This document shows positions 31,074 through 41,236 of a stretch of 64,000 nucleotides of DNA, one piece after another. A program made the translations under genes and the position numbers. The notes beneath the pieces were generated by a model. The model did no database searches, was not told the origin of the DNA, and saw only the letters and a list, made by a program, of their open reading frames with translations. Each line of letters starts with the position of its first letter. Positions within the stretch are counted from its first letter, which is position 1. The DNA is from Candidatus Hermodarchaeota archaeon. Its GTDB lineage: Archaea > Asgardarchaeota > Lokiarchaeia > Sigyniarchaeales > SOKP01. Location: positions 1-64,000 of the forward strand of contig JBHLLO010000006.1 of assembly GCA_048885535.1 (NCBI GenBank), in the 5' to 3' direction.

Positions 31074-31958
31074 ATGACTATCAGACAAGCTTCAAATGCT
31101 GGCCAATTTTATCCAAGCAACAAATCAGCTTTGCTTGAGATCATAAAGCAATCATTTTTAGATAACCAATTTGGTCCAGGTAAGGAAATTCAAACCCTAA
31201 ATCAGGATACTAGAACAATTATAGGAGGAATATCCCCTCATGCGGGATATATATATTCTGGCTGCTGTGCTGCCTTCACATTTTTAAATCTATTTAAAGA
31301 AAAAATCCCAGATACTATTCTAGTTCTCGGTACTGATCATATTGGTTATGGTGGAGTTGCTCTAATGGATGAAGGAGAATGGGAAACTCCATTGGGTAAT
31401 TTATCTATTGATACAACATTATCTGGAAAAATATTAGATATTAGCAGTGAGATTAAAAAAGATGAATCGGCATTTGTTGGATATCCATTTAGAAGAGAAC
31501 ATAATATTGAAGTACAACTTCCATTTATAAAATATTGTTCGGGTGATAAAGACATAAAAGTAATTCCAATAGTAGTATCTACAAGAGATTATACCGTGCT
31601 AGAGAATTTAGCAGAAGATATATCCAAAGCAATTAAAACATATGATAAAGATGTAGTTATTATAGCATCATCTGATATGACTCATAGGGAAATACATGGC
31701 ACGGATCAGTTGAAGAAATTTAAGGAAGGAGATCAAAAAGTTATTGATTCATTTGTAGAGTTAAATCCTTCAAAAACATTTAAGGCTGCATTAGAAACCA
31801 CTGTATGTGGTCCTCAGACAATTACAGCACTAATGCTAATTTGTAAGAACCTAGATGCAATTGAGGGTAAGTTATTAAAATATTATACTAGCTCTGAAAA
31901 AACTGGAAATTTTTATGGATACTGTGTTGGATATTTTTCTGGGATAATTATTAAATAA
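31074..31958 (+). CDS. MEMO1 family protein (AmmeMemoRadiSam protein B)
   Basis: AGQFYP, PHAGYIYSG, WETPLG, EHNIEVQLPF, ASSDMTH, VCG. Confidence 0.93.
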   Translation: MTIRQASNAGQFYPSNKSALLEIIKQSFLDNQFGPGKEIQTLNQDTRTIIGGISPHAGYIYSGCCAAFTFLNLFKEKIPDTILVLGTDHIGYGGVALMDEGEWETPLGNLSIDTTLSGKILDISSEIKKDESAFVGYPFRREHNIEVQLPFIKYCSGDKDIKVIPIVVSTRDYTVLENLAEDISKAIKTYDKDVVIIASSDMTHREIHGTDQLKKFKEGDQKVIDSFVELNPSKTFKAALETTVCGPQTITALMLICKNLDAIEGKLLKYYTSSEKTGNFYGYCVGYFSGIIIK

Positions 31959-32001
31959 GGGATTATATTATTATTATGATTAAAATATTTTTTTAAGAGT
32001 T

Positions 32002-33081
32002 ATGCCCGACGAAAATGATGAAAAAGTAGAAGATTTTATTAGTCTTTGGAAGAAAAAGATGGATTCTGATAAAAATCCTTCTGTTATTGGAGACACGCTA
32101 AATAAAATAAAAGCACTTGAGAAAGAAAATGAAGAACTTAGGAATAAAATCTCTCAAAATATAGATTTGATAAGTAGATCAGAAGAAATTATCAGAAAAA
32201 CTGTTGAAGAGAATGAAAGATTAAAATCAGAAAGAAACAACGCCGCCTCAGGATCCAGCACAAGATTAAAGGAATTAGAGAGTGAAAATCTTGAATTAAG
32301 TAATAAAGTAAAGAGTATGGTAAAATTACTCCTTGAAAAGGATGAAGAAATTAAAACTAAAGAAGATGAATTATCAAGATTGAAAGCAACTGGCGTAAGT
32401 TCAGACTCTACTGTAAATGAAGCACTAATCAATGATTTAAGAACAGAATTGGCTAAAAAAACTTCTCAGATTTCAGAATTACAATCAAAAATCATAGAAT
32501 TGACTGAAGAAAATGAAGTTATAAATCAACAGTTAATTGAGAAAATTAAAAGTCTCCCAATTGACTATGTAGTACCAGTAGAACAAGTTGAAACTCCAGT
32601 AATTAAACCGAAACCTCCTGTTTCTTCTTCTCAACCCTTAGAACAACTTTGTCAAGACTTACAGACAGAATTAAATAAATATAAAAGAGTTGTTGAAAAA
32701 TTAACTAAAGAAAAGTCTGAACTTAAGGAGCTGGTGGGAGAAAAAGGATTAAAATTCGATCCAGCAGAAATCATGAATTTAAAGTCTGAAAATGAGACTC
32801 TAAAAAACGAACTAACCGAATTACAAAAATCTTTGCAAAAAGAAATAAAAACTCCTTCACAAGAACCATCATTGGAAATTGAGGAAAAGATTAAAGAACT
32901 AGAAAGTAAACTAAGAGAAAAAGATGAATTGATTACACAATTAAAATTAACAAAATTAGCAGAGGAAGGATCTGGACCTGGACCCATGGCTAACCTTGTA
33001 GAAGAACTGCAAAAAAATATTAACAAGTTAAAAACCACTATTCAAGAAAAAGATCAGAAAATAAAAGAATTACAAAAATAA
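32002..33081 (+). CDS. Long coiled-coil protein
   Basis: 359 aa of E/K/L-rich heptads broken by Pro/Ser-rich linkers. Confidence 0.8.
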   Translation: MPDENDEKVEDFISLWKKKMDSDKNPSVIGDTLNKIKALEKENEELRNKISQNIDLISRSEEIIRKTVEENERLKSERNNAASGSSTRLKELESENLELSNKVKSMVKLLLEKDEEIKTKEDELSRLKATGVSSDSTVNEALINDLRTELAKKTSQISELQSKIIELTEENEVINQQLIEKIKSLPIDYVVPVEQVETPVIKPKPPVSSSQPLEQLCQDLQTELNKYKRVVEKLTKEKSELKELVGEKGLKFDPAEIMNLKSENETLKNELTELQKSLQKEIKTPSQEPSLEIEEKIKELESKLREKDELITQLKLTKLAEEGSGPGPMANLVEELQKNINKLKTTIQEKDQKIKELQK

Positions 33082-33196
33082 ATCGGTCTTTAATTTCCCC
33101 TCTTAAATAAGAAAAAATTTTGCCTAATTACTTTTTTTAGAATTATGAATTCATTACAAAAGTTTTTTCAATAATAAGAGATTAAAAATAGAAAAC

Positions 33197-34192
33197 ATGA
33201 GTGAAAAAAAACACTTAACATTTTTATTTATTGGTCATTTAGCTGTCGACTCAATAATTCGTTTTAAAAAAATAAGAAAACCCACTCTGGGAGGAAGTGT
33301 ATCTTTTGGCTCATTAGCATTAAGGAAATACGATCAAGATGAATCTATTAGAATAGTATCCAGTTTGGGGATGTTAAATTTTAATGTAGAACTATTAAGT
33401 TTATTAAAAGATAATAATATTGATTTAAGAGCTATTAAATCATTTGAGACTGAAAATACAAAATTTGTATTGGATTATGTTAATCATTCAAGAACCTTAA
33501 CCCTTAAAGCTAAGAGTCCCGACCTTAGATTTGAGGATTTTCCTGAGGATATTATTGCAAATAAACCTGATGTGATTGTATTAGTTCCATTATGTAACGA
33601 AATATCTTACGATTATGTGTCTAAAATCGTAGAAGCCTTTCCAGATGTATATATAGGTTTAGACTTACAAGGTTTTATTAGATATATTACTAATGGTGGC
33701 ATTGTTTCATATGTATGGAACGAGGATTTAATACAAAATATGAGTGCAATTATTGATTTAATTGGAGATAGAATAATATTGAAAGGATCAGAAATAGAAA
33801 TGAAGTTATTATCTAAGAATGATAACTTAGATGAAGTTATGTATTACTTTAACAATTTTAATAATAATGGGATTTTTATCATGACTCTTGGTGAAGCAGG
33901 TTCAAGGGTTATTAAAAAAGGACAAGAAATAATGAAAATTCCCGCATTTAAAGCTAAAAAAGTTGTTGATGAAACTGGAGCAGGAGATGTTTATTTAGCA
34001 ATCTTTTTACATGAATTTCTTAATTCTAATATGTCTTGGGAAGCTATTAAGAATTCTGCTTATTTAGCATCAGCAGCAGCTTCATTTCTAGTTGAAAAAA
34101 AAGGTCCTGATGGATTTCAATGTAAATCAAAAGTATTAAAACGAGTAGAAAAAAAAAATTATATCAATTCAGGTGATTTTAAATACATATAA
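33197..34192 (+). CDS. PfkB family carbohydrate kinase
   Basis: GHLAVD, LGGS, MTLGEAGS, DETGAGD. Confidence 0.9.
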   Translation: MSEKKHLTFLFIGHLAVDSIIRFKKIRKPTLGGSVSFGSLALRKYDQDESIRIVSSLGMLNFNVELLSLLKDNNIDLRAIKSFETENTKFVLDYVNHSRTLTLKAKSPDLRFEDFPEDIIANKPDVIVLVPLCNEISYDYVSKIVEAFPDVYIGLDLQGFIRYITNGGIVSYVWNEDLIQNMSAIIDLIGDRIILKGSEIEMKLLSKNDNLDEVMYYFNNFNNNGIFIMTLGEAGSRVIKKGQEIMKIPAFKAKKVVDETGAGDVYLAIFLHEFLNSNMSWEAIKNSAYLASAAASFLVEKKGPDGFQCKSKVLKRVEKKNYINSGDFKYI

Positions 34193-34773
34193 ATTCACAT
34201 TTTGCTATAGGAGTTATTTTTTGTTCAATCCTAAATTACTTTTATAATTTTGCTTTTATAGAATTTCTCTTAATTGTTGTTTTTTCTTTCATTTGTGATT
34301 TTGACGTATTTTTCTCTAAATTCGCTAAAGATCATAATCACAGAATGTTGATCTCTCATTCAATCATTCCTAGTATCATTATGATTTTTGTGGGTATTAT
34401 ATTTAATTGGACTATATTAACTTTTAGCGGAACAGCATATTTTATACATATAGTTATAGATACGTTTGATTGGGGTACAAACGTGTTTTATTTGCCAAAA
34501 AAGCAAATTGGTTTCAAACTTTTAATCTCAAAAGAGGAATTTAACAATCTATCACAATATTTATCTAATTATAAGAAGCCTGAATCATTTTTTGATGAAA
34601 GATATTATAGTAATAAACTATGTTTAGCAATTGAAGCTCTGTTATTTATCATTATGTTAATATTTCTTATTTTATTTGCCTTTCAATTTTTTTTGATAAT
34701 TATAATATATTTCCCATTCTTGATTTTTCATTTACAACGTCATTATTACCTAAAAAAAGTTGAGGCTTCCTAA
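34183..34773 (+). CDS. Membrane metal-dependent hydrolase (YdjM-like); start extended from 34345 to ATA at 34183
   Basis: The in-frame extension reads (I/M)HINSHFAIG...ICDFD...HNHRMLISHS...HIVIDTF, giving the full H, DxD, HR..SHS, H..D motif set. AGGTGA lies at 34171-34176. Confidence 0.75.
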   Translation: MHINSHFAIGVIFCSILNYFYNFAFIEFLLIVVFSFICDFDVFFSKFAKDHNHRMLISHSIIPSIIMIFVGIIFNWTILTFSGTAYFIHIVIDTFDWGTNVFYLPKKQIGFKLLISKEEFNNLSQYLSNYKKPESFFDERYYSNKLCLAIEALLFIIMLIFLILFAFQFFLIIIIYFPFLIFHLQRHYYLKKVEAS

Positions 34774-34879
34774 TCTTAAATAATTAACTTATTACCTTAT
34801 AATCTAAATAAATAAAGCTTAAGAATCTTATAAGGATTTAAAATTATATAATTAAATTTAATATCATTAGGTAAGAATT

Positions 34880-35317
34880 ATGGCAGAAACAATAAAAACC
34901 AAAGTGGGACTTTCATTGGAGGAAGAAATGATATTTAAATGTGATTTAGGAGAAATGAAGGTAAAGGATTGTTATATCGATGAAACCAATAAAGATGAGG
35001 TAAATATGTTAGGACCAAATCCTTCAAGAATGTTAGCGTTAGCGGTTATGGGATGTCTTAGTGCTAGCTTTATCTTTTGTCTTAAAAAGAGGGAATTCAA
35101 GTTGGAGAATTTAAAAGCAGAAGCAGAAGTTACAATCACTCGTAATGAAAAAGGATTTTGGAGGGTTAAAAAAATTAATGTTGATATCAACTCAAAGATA
35201 GAGGATTTAGAAACCCGTAAGAGAGCAGATCAGTGCAGGAAAATGTTTGAAAACTATTGTATAGTGACTCAAGCTGTAAGAGAAGGAATTAATGTAGAAG
35301 TAAATCTTAATTATTAG
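34880..35317 (+). CDS. OsmC family protein
   Basis: GPNPSRMLALAVMGCL and YCIV two-Cys signature. Confidence 0.9.
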   Translation: MAETIKTKVGLSLEEEMIFKCDLGEMKVKDCYIDETNKDEVNMLGPNPSRMLALAVMGCLSASFIFCLKKREFKLENLKAEAEVTITRNEKGFWRVKKINVDINSKIEDLETRKRADQCRKMFENYCIVTQAVREGINVEVNLNY

Positions 35318-35390
35318 AAACAAAACATTTTTCAAAAATCTATTCTAATCTTTATCATCTTCTAAAGGATTAAAGACATTTTTTTGCATA

Positions 35391-36392
35391 CTAATCTGTT
35401 ACCCCATCTTCAGTAATCGAAAAAACAGCTTCTTCCTCGGGTAAATGTGGAGCATCAATTACTTTGGCTATTCTTTGCTCTCCTTTTCCTTTTCTTAATC
35501 GCACTCTAATTGTTGCTCCATGAGCTACCACATTTCCCCCAGTTGCTCTAAGCGGGTCTCCATAGAATACATCAGGTCTAGCAGAAACCTGGTTTGTGAA
35601 TACAACAGCTAGCTCATCAAATATTTCAGTTAATCTTAGAAGATCATGGATGTGACCATTTAATATTTGCTGTCTATTGGCTAAAGTGCCTCTTCCAATA
35701 TATTCACTGCGAAAATGACCAATTATTGAATCAATAATTACTAATTTAATATTTTTTTCTTCAATGATTTTTGGTGATTCTTTCACCAATATAACTTGGT
35801 GATCACTATTATATGCTCTTCCATAAGTAATATTTCGTAGTATTTTATTATAGTCTAAATCTTTTGCAGAAGCCATTTGTACAATACGTTCGGGTCTAAA
35901 AGTTCCTTCAGCATCGATATATAAGGCATTTCCTTCAATTCCCCCCTCTTCATAAGGTAATTGTACATTCACACATAACTGATGAGCTATTTGCGTCTTT
36001 CCTGTTCGGTATTCCCCATAAAGCTCTGTCACCGCCTCGGTTTCTATACCTCCTCCCAATAAATCATCTAAATTTTGGCTACCTGTTGATAGTTTCTTTA
36101 GAATCTTTCTTTTTTCCCAAATAACATCTGCAGATTTAAACCCCATTTTTTCAATTTCTTGGGCAGCTTTTATAATTTTTTGAGCTGTTTTTTCTCCCAA
36201 TCCCGCATCCTCAACTAATTTTGTAAGAGGATAAACAGCTAAGATTCGAGTCGATATGATTCCTGCTTCCTTAAGTTTTTTTAAGGTAGCTTCACCTATT
36301 CCAGGAATATCTTCTAATTGGAATTGCACTTTATCTTGTTCTTTTTCAGTTTTGGAGTCCTCATCTTCTTGATTATTTTTTTTTTTAGCCAT
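35391..36392 (-). CDS. radA: DNA repair and recombination protein RadA
   Basis: N-terminal HhH, GFKSA polymerisation motif, GEYRTGKTQ, YIDAEGTFRPER, GRGTLANRQQ. Confidence 0.97.
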   Translation of the reverse strand: MAKKKNNQEDEDSKTEKEQDKVQFQLEDIPGIGEATLKKLKEAGIISTRILAVYPLTKLVEDAGLGEKTAQKIIKAAQEIEKMGFKSADVIWEKRKILKKLSTGSQNLDDLLGGGIETEAVTELYGEYRTGKTQIAHQLCVNVQLPYEEGGIEGNALYIDAEGTFRPERIVQMASAKDLDYNKILRNITYGRAYNSDHQVILVKESPKIIEEKNIKLVIIDSIIGHFRSEYIGRGTLANRQQILNGHIHDLLRLTEIFDELAVVFTNQVSARPDVFYGDPLRATGGNVVAHGATIRVRLRKGKGEQRIAKVIDAPHLPEEEAVFSITEDGVTD

Positions 36393-36496
36393 AGGATTTC
36401 TAATCCTTTTATGATTTAATTGTTATTCTATCAATTTATTATGATTACAATATAAAAATTATAATAAAATATTATTTAAGATTACAAAACACAAGT

Positions 36497-37207
36497 TTAT
36501 TTTTTCTTTTGTGGAGTAGTTTTTATTGGAGCTTCTTTCCCGCTTCTAGTTATAAGAAGTAAAATAATAAATAATATAACTGAAAACAGCACAGTCAGTA
36601 CAGCCATCGCTTCTGGTAACCATATATAGCTTAAATAGAGGAAAGGCAATACAAATAGGGCAATTATTACTATAAAGACAGGTATAGGAACTTCTTCACC
36701 CTTTAGATCGATTAATAATGGAATAATAACCAATCCAACACTCATGGTTGCGGCAATTCTAAAACCCATTAGAATTCCAAAATCAACCCATGGTTCAATT
36801 TGAAATGTAGCTGTGTAGATATCAGGCATATAGAAAAACCAATACGGCGTAGTATTAGTTTGCATTGGAGGAATAGAAACCGGTAGAATTCCAGTTAGAA
36901 TAATTTGGATAATAATTGCTAAAACAAAATAAAGAATAATTTCATTAATTTCTTTTTTTTCTGAGGCTACTCCAAATAAATCACGAATCAAACAAATGTC
37001 CCAAAGGATGAATAATATTAAATAAACTCCAAGAACATCAAAACCTAAACCCCAAAGATAATCCGAAGGTAAAAGGGCTAAGATATAGGCAAGGTATCCA
37101 TATCTCTCGTTTCTTTTAAATACATCGAATATTAAAAACACTCCATAAATTATAAAACATATTACTAAAAATATGATCGTATCAATAGTAAATGCCATAT
37201 TTAACAT
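36497..37207 (-). CDS. Multi-pass membrane protein, unknown function
   Basis: 236 aa, about 7 hydrophobic segments. Confidence 0.75.
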   Translation of the reverse strand: MLNMAFTIDTIIFLVICFIIYGVFLIFDVFKRNERYGYLAYILALLPSDYLWGLGFDVLGVYLILFILWDICLIRDLFGVASEKKEINEIILYFVLAIIIQIILTGILPVSIPPMQTNTTPYWFFYMPDIYTATFQIEPWVDFGILMGFRIAATMSVGLVIIPLLIDLKGEEVPIPVFIVIIALFVLPFLYLSYIWLPEAMAVLTVLFSVILFIILLLITRSGKEAPIKTTPQKKK

Positions 37208-37282
37208 TCCTTTTTGTTTTTAATTTTCATTTATTATTATTAATATAAAATCTTATTTTTTAAATCTTTAATAGATCAATTA

Positions 37283-38677
37283 TTATTTTTCATATAATAA
37301 TTCTAATTCTGATATAATTTTTGATAAAGCTTCAATCATTTTTTTAGATTTTGCGGGATCAGCTGATTCTGCTGAAAGAAGGACGGCATTTCTATTCAAT
37401 GCAACCTTAATATTCGTATAAACGTTATCACCAATTATTTTAAGCTCATTAATAATATCTTGATACTTTAAATTATTTTCTTCAGCAAATTTTATCAAAC
37501 GGTTATGGATATTATCAGTTAATTCGGCAGAAATAGGTATTGTCTTACTAACTTTAATACCCTTTGGAAATCCCCTAGTTAGTGAGCTTAAAAGATCTTT
37601 CTGAGAAGTCATAATTTCAAGAATTTTCAATAAAATGAAATTTCCGTCACTAAAGGGACTATATTGAGGGAAGTAGAATTTAAAAGTATCTGCTGCGGCA
37701 AAACATGCTCTTTCTTCTCTAATTTGTCTTGATATTTCCCCAGGCAGGTTTTCAACAAGTTTTATTGGAAATCCAGATTCTTGAATAAAACTTTTTACTA
37801 CTAAAGAAATTGAAGGAGTGAGGATTATTGTATTAGATTTAGATCTTTGAATTCGATCATCATAGGTTATAAATAGCATCAATAAATCTTCATAGTTTAA
37901 TTCTAAACCATTTTCATCTAAAACTAAGATTCTAGAACCATCAACATCAAAACAAATACCTATATGGCTATTTGAAGCCTTTACTATATTCGCGGTATTT
38001 CTAATTGTATTAATACTTGGAACAGGAATGTGTTCTCTCTGACGATAATGTGTGTTTAAAGCAATAACTTCCACACCAATATCGTTAACCAAAATAGGAG
38101 TAATCTTTCCTGTTGGACCGTATGAACAATCCACCACAATTTTAAGATCTGCTCCCTTAATTCTCTTTTTATCTACAAATTGTTCTAAAGACTTGATATA
38201 TACATCTTGAGTCTGAGGGATAGCTGTTATTTGCCCTATTTTACTGGGTTCTACTCTTCTTACTTTTTCAGGGTAAATATTATAAGATTTTATTATCTTT
38301 TCAATTTCTGTCGGTGCAAATTCTATTCCTCCTGCATCAACAAACCTAACGCCTACATCCTCACTAAATAAATGACCACCAGAAAAATATGTTCCTCCCG
38401 TAGCTCCAAATCTTCTTATTGTAAACTGCAAAAGAGGATATGTACAATCAGATAAGTTCAATATATTAACACCAGTACTCATAAGACCAGAAGTATAAGC
38501 CCTCTTTAACATCCTACTGTCGTTATGATAATCTCTTCCTATTACGACAGTTTCATTTTCCTTAAACATACTTCCATGAATAGAACCAATTGAGCTTGAA
38601 ACCTCAGGAGTAAAAATATAGTTTGCACGTCCCACTATTCGGCCGCTTTTCTTTAAGGTTTCAAGATCTTGAACCAT
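37283..38677 (-). CDS. Phosphohexomutase-fold protein lacking the canonical phosphoserine motif
   Basis: IGRDY, KIVVDCSYG and FDVDGSR retain the fold, but TASHN is replaced by FSGGHL. Confidence 0.8.
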   Translation of the reverse strand: MVQDLETLKKSGRIVGRANYIFTPEVSSSIGSIHGSMFKENETVVIGRDYHNDSRMLKRAYTSGLMSTGVNILNLSDCTYPLLQFTIRRFGATGGTYFSGGHLFSEDVGVRFVDAGGIEFAPTEIEKIIKSYNIYPEKVRRVEPSKIGQITAIPQTQDVYIKSLEQFVDKKRIKGADLKIVVDCSYGPTGKITPILVNDIGVEVIALNTHYRQREHIPVPSINTIRNTANIVKASNSHIGICFDVDGSRILVLDENGLELNYEDLLMLFITYDDRIQRSKSNTIILTPSISLVVKSFIQESGFPIKLVENLPGEISRQIREERACFAAADTFKFYFPQYSPFSDGNFILLKILEIMTSQKDLLSSLTRGFPKGIKVSKTIPISAELTDNIHNRLIKFAEENNLKYQDIINELKIIGDNVYTNIKVALNRNAVLLSAESADPAKSKKMIEALSKIISELELLYEK

Positions 38678-38853
38678 CTAAATCACTTGAATTTTGAAAT
38701 TTCAATTGGAAATTATATATTATATAGCTAGTTATAAATTTATAACTTTAACTGTTTTAATAAATTAAAAAAAGTTAATTGCTATAGAAAATTTGAAAAT
38801 TTAGTATTCTGATTTTCAGAACTGTTAGATTGCTGTTATGAGAGTTGTAAATC

Positions 38854-40572
38854 ATGTCAGAAAAATTAGGTTCATTCGTATTAGTATTACATTCACATTT
38901 ACCCTGGGTTCTTAATCATGGGATATGGCCTCATGGTATGAGTTGGGTTAATGAAGCAGCGGCAGAAACATATCTCCCATTGTTACAAGAATTATATAAA
39001 CTTATGGATGATGGATACCATCCAAAATTAACTATAGGACTTACACCAGTTTTGTGTGAAATGCTCAGACATCCAAGCTTTATCGATGGTTTTATTGGAT
39101 ATTTAGATGAAAGAGTTGCTGCAGCCCTTCATGATTATGATAATTTCACAGAAAACAAATATCACGACGGAAGAATAAAATTAGCGAAATGGTGGGAAGA
39201 TTTTTATGAACGTGTAAGAGATGATTTTGTACATAGATTTAATAGGGATATAATTGGAGGATTTAAAAAACTTCAAGATGATGGCTTGCTAGACATCATT
39301 ACATGTGGAGCAACACATGGTTACTCACCTTTACTCTCAAAAGACACATCAATTGACGCTCAATTTAAAACAGCCATTGATAATTATGAAATGCACTTTG
39401 GAAGAAAACCCACTGGAGCTTGGCTTCCTGAGTGTGCATACCGCCCTGGTTATCGATGGAAAAACCCTATTACAGGTGAAGAGTATAATCGCCCTGGAAT
39501 TGAATATTTTCTAGCTAAAAATGGTTTGAAATACTTTTTTGTGGATACTGCTCTATTATTAGGAGGAAAATCTCAAGGTGTATATGCCGCAAGATTTCCC
39601 TTATTAAAGGAATTATGGAAACAATTTGCTGATCAATATGAAGAAATTCCTACTTCATTCGAAAAATCTCAGTATGAACCGTATTTAGTATCTACAGATC
39701 CATCAACTAGATCACCTGTAGCTTTTTTTACGCGTGATGAGAAAACTGGAATCGTCGTATGGAGCGGTGAGCATGGATATCCTGGATGTGCTGAATATCT
39801 AGACTTCCATAAGAAGCACTGGCCCTCGGGAAATAAATATTGGAAGGTAACCCATGCAAAACTTGACCTCGGAGCAAAAATGTTATATTGGCCTGAGGAT
39901 ATTCCAGGAAAATTAGATGAAAATGCAGGACATTATGTACAACTCATTAAGGATATTTTGAGGGATTATAATGAAAGATTTGGGAATAACGGAATTGTAG
40001 TAGCCCCCTACGATTGTGAACTCTTTGGACATTGGTGGTTTGAAGGGAATTGGTGGTTAGCAAGAATTTTAAGATGGATAGAGGATGATCCAGCAATTGA
40101 ATTAACAAACACTAGATTATTTGTAGAGCAAAATCCCCCTAATAAAGTTGTACAAATCATTGAAGGAAGCTGGGGGCAAGGATCAAGTCACTGGGTTTGG
40201 TTAAATGAATGGACAACTTGGACATGGGAAAAGATTTACGAATGTGAGGCTAAAAGCGAAGATATTATGGCTAAGTACAAGGATTCTACAGATGAGAATC
40301 TAATTAAAATCTTAAAACAAATGGCTAGAGAATTGCTCCTCTTAGAAAGCTCAGATTGGCAGTTTTTAATAACAACATGGTCCGCACGAGATTACGCTGA
40401 GAATCGTATTGCACTACATTATGAAAATTTTAATAGGTTATATGATATGGCTTCAATGTATGGGCAGGGTGAGCATATTGACGAGGGAGAATGGCATTTT
40501 CTTGGAATTCTTGAAGCTAATGATGGCATCTTTATGGATATTGATCTTACTCCCTTTGCAAAGGGAGAATAA
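38854..40572 (+). CDS. GH57 1,4-alpha-glucan branching enzyme (DUF1957 type)
   Basis: LHSHLP, ETYLPL, ATHGY, WLPECAY, PYDCELFGHWWFEG, LLESSDWQF. Confidence 0.93.
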   Translation: MSEKLGSFVLVLHSHLPWVLNHGIWPHGMSWVNEAAAETYLPLLQELYKLMDDGYHPKLTIGLTPVLCEMLRHPSFIDGFIGYLDERVAAALHDYDNFTENKYHDGRIKLAKWWEDFYERVRDDFVHRFNRDIIGGFKKLQDDGLLDIITCGATHGYSPLLSKDTSIDAQFKTAIDNYEMHFGRKPTGAWLPECAYRPGYRWKNPITGEEYNRPGIEYFLAKNGLKYFFVDTALLLGGKSQGVYAARFPLLKELWKQFADQYEEIPTSFEKSQYEPYLVSTDPSTRSPVAFFTRDEKTGIVVWSGEHGYPGCAEYLDFHKKHWPSGNKYWKVTHAKLDLGAKMLYWPEDIPGKLDENAGHYVQLIKDILRDYNERFGNNGIVVAPYDCELFGHWWFEGNWWLARILRWIEDDPAIELTNTRLFVEQNPPNKVVQIIEGSWGQGSSHWVWLNEWTTWTWEKIYECEAKSEDIMAKYKDSTDENLIKILKQMARELLLLESSDWQFLITTWSARDYAENRIALHYENFNRLYDMASMYGQGEHIDEGEWHFLGILEANDGIFMDIDLTPFAKGE

Positions 40573-40590
40573 AATAATGATTAGAAAGTC

Positions 40591-41109
40591 TCATACACCT
40601 TTTAATTGGTACCCACAATGAGGGCAGATTGAAACTAATGAATCAATTTGACCCCCACATTCAGGGCATATTGGTTCTTTGACCAATTTAAGAAATGCAT
40701 CTTTTTTTGTTTTGAGTTCTACTAATAATTCAGATTTACTCCTTGAGCTAGATTTAGTTTTAAAAAAACTAAATATCAAGCATGCTAAAATTATTCCGAG
40801 AATTATGGGAAGAATTATATTAATAATTGGAAAAGGATAAGTGAATACAATACTGATAATTAAAACAATTGTAAAAGATATGATAAAAATTAAGCATACA
40901 ATATTTAAAGGAACATTTTTAGTTGCTAATTCTATCTGCTTATCATAATAACAAACTTTGCAGATTTCATGATGAGTAGAATAAGTATCATCTTTTCCTC
41001 CATGAATTGCATGAAATATTTCTTTACACTCAACACAGATTGGCTTCCCACACATCTCACACTTAGTAATAGCATCCCTTTTCGGGTGATAAAAGCAAAT
41101 TAAACTCAT
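40591..41109 (-). CDS. B-box-like zinc finger + 2 TM + zinc-ribbon protein
   Basis: CFYHP....CEMCGKPICVEC...CKVC; central TM pair; CPEC...CPHC. Confidence 0.8.
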   Translation of the reverse strand: MSLICFYHPKRDAITKCEMCGKPICVECKEIFHAIHGGKDDTYSTHHEICKVCYYDKQIELATKNVPLNIVCLIFIISFTIVLIISIVFTYPFPIINIILPIILGIILACLIFSFFKTKSSSRSKSELLVELKTKKDAFLKLVKEPICPECGGQIDSLVSICPHCGYQLKGV

Positions 41110-41236
41110 CTTATTGGATTATATTTAGACAATTTTTTATAAAAACATTATGTAATCTCAAATTTAAAAATTAGAATGAAAGATTTTTATAGGTACAAAT
41201 TTCAAATATTGTTTAAAAAAACTATAGGTTTTAATA

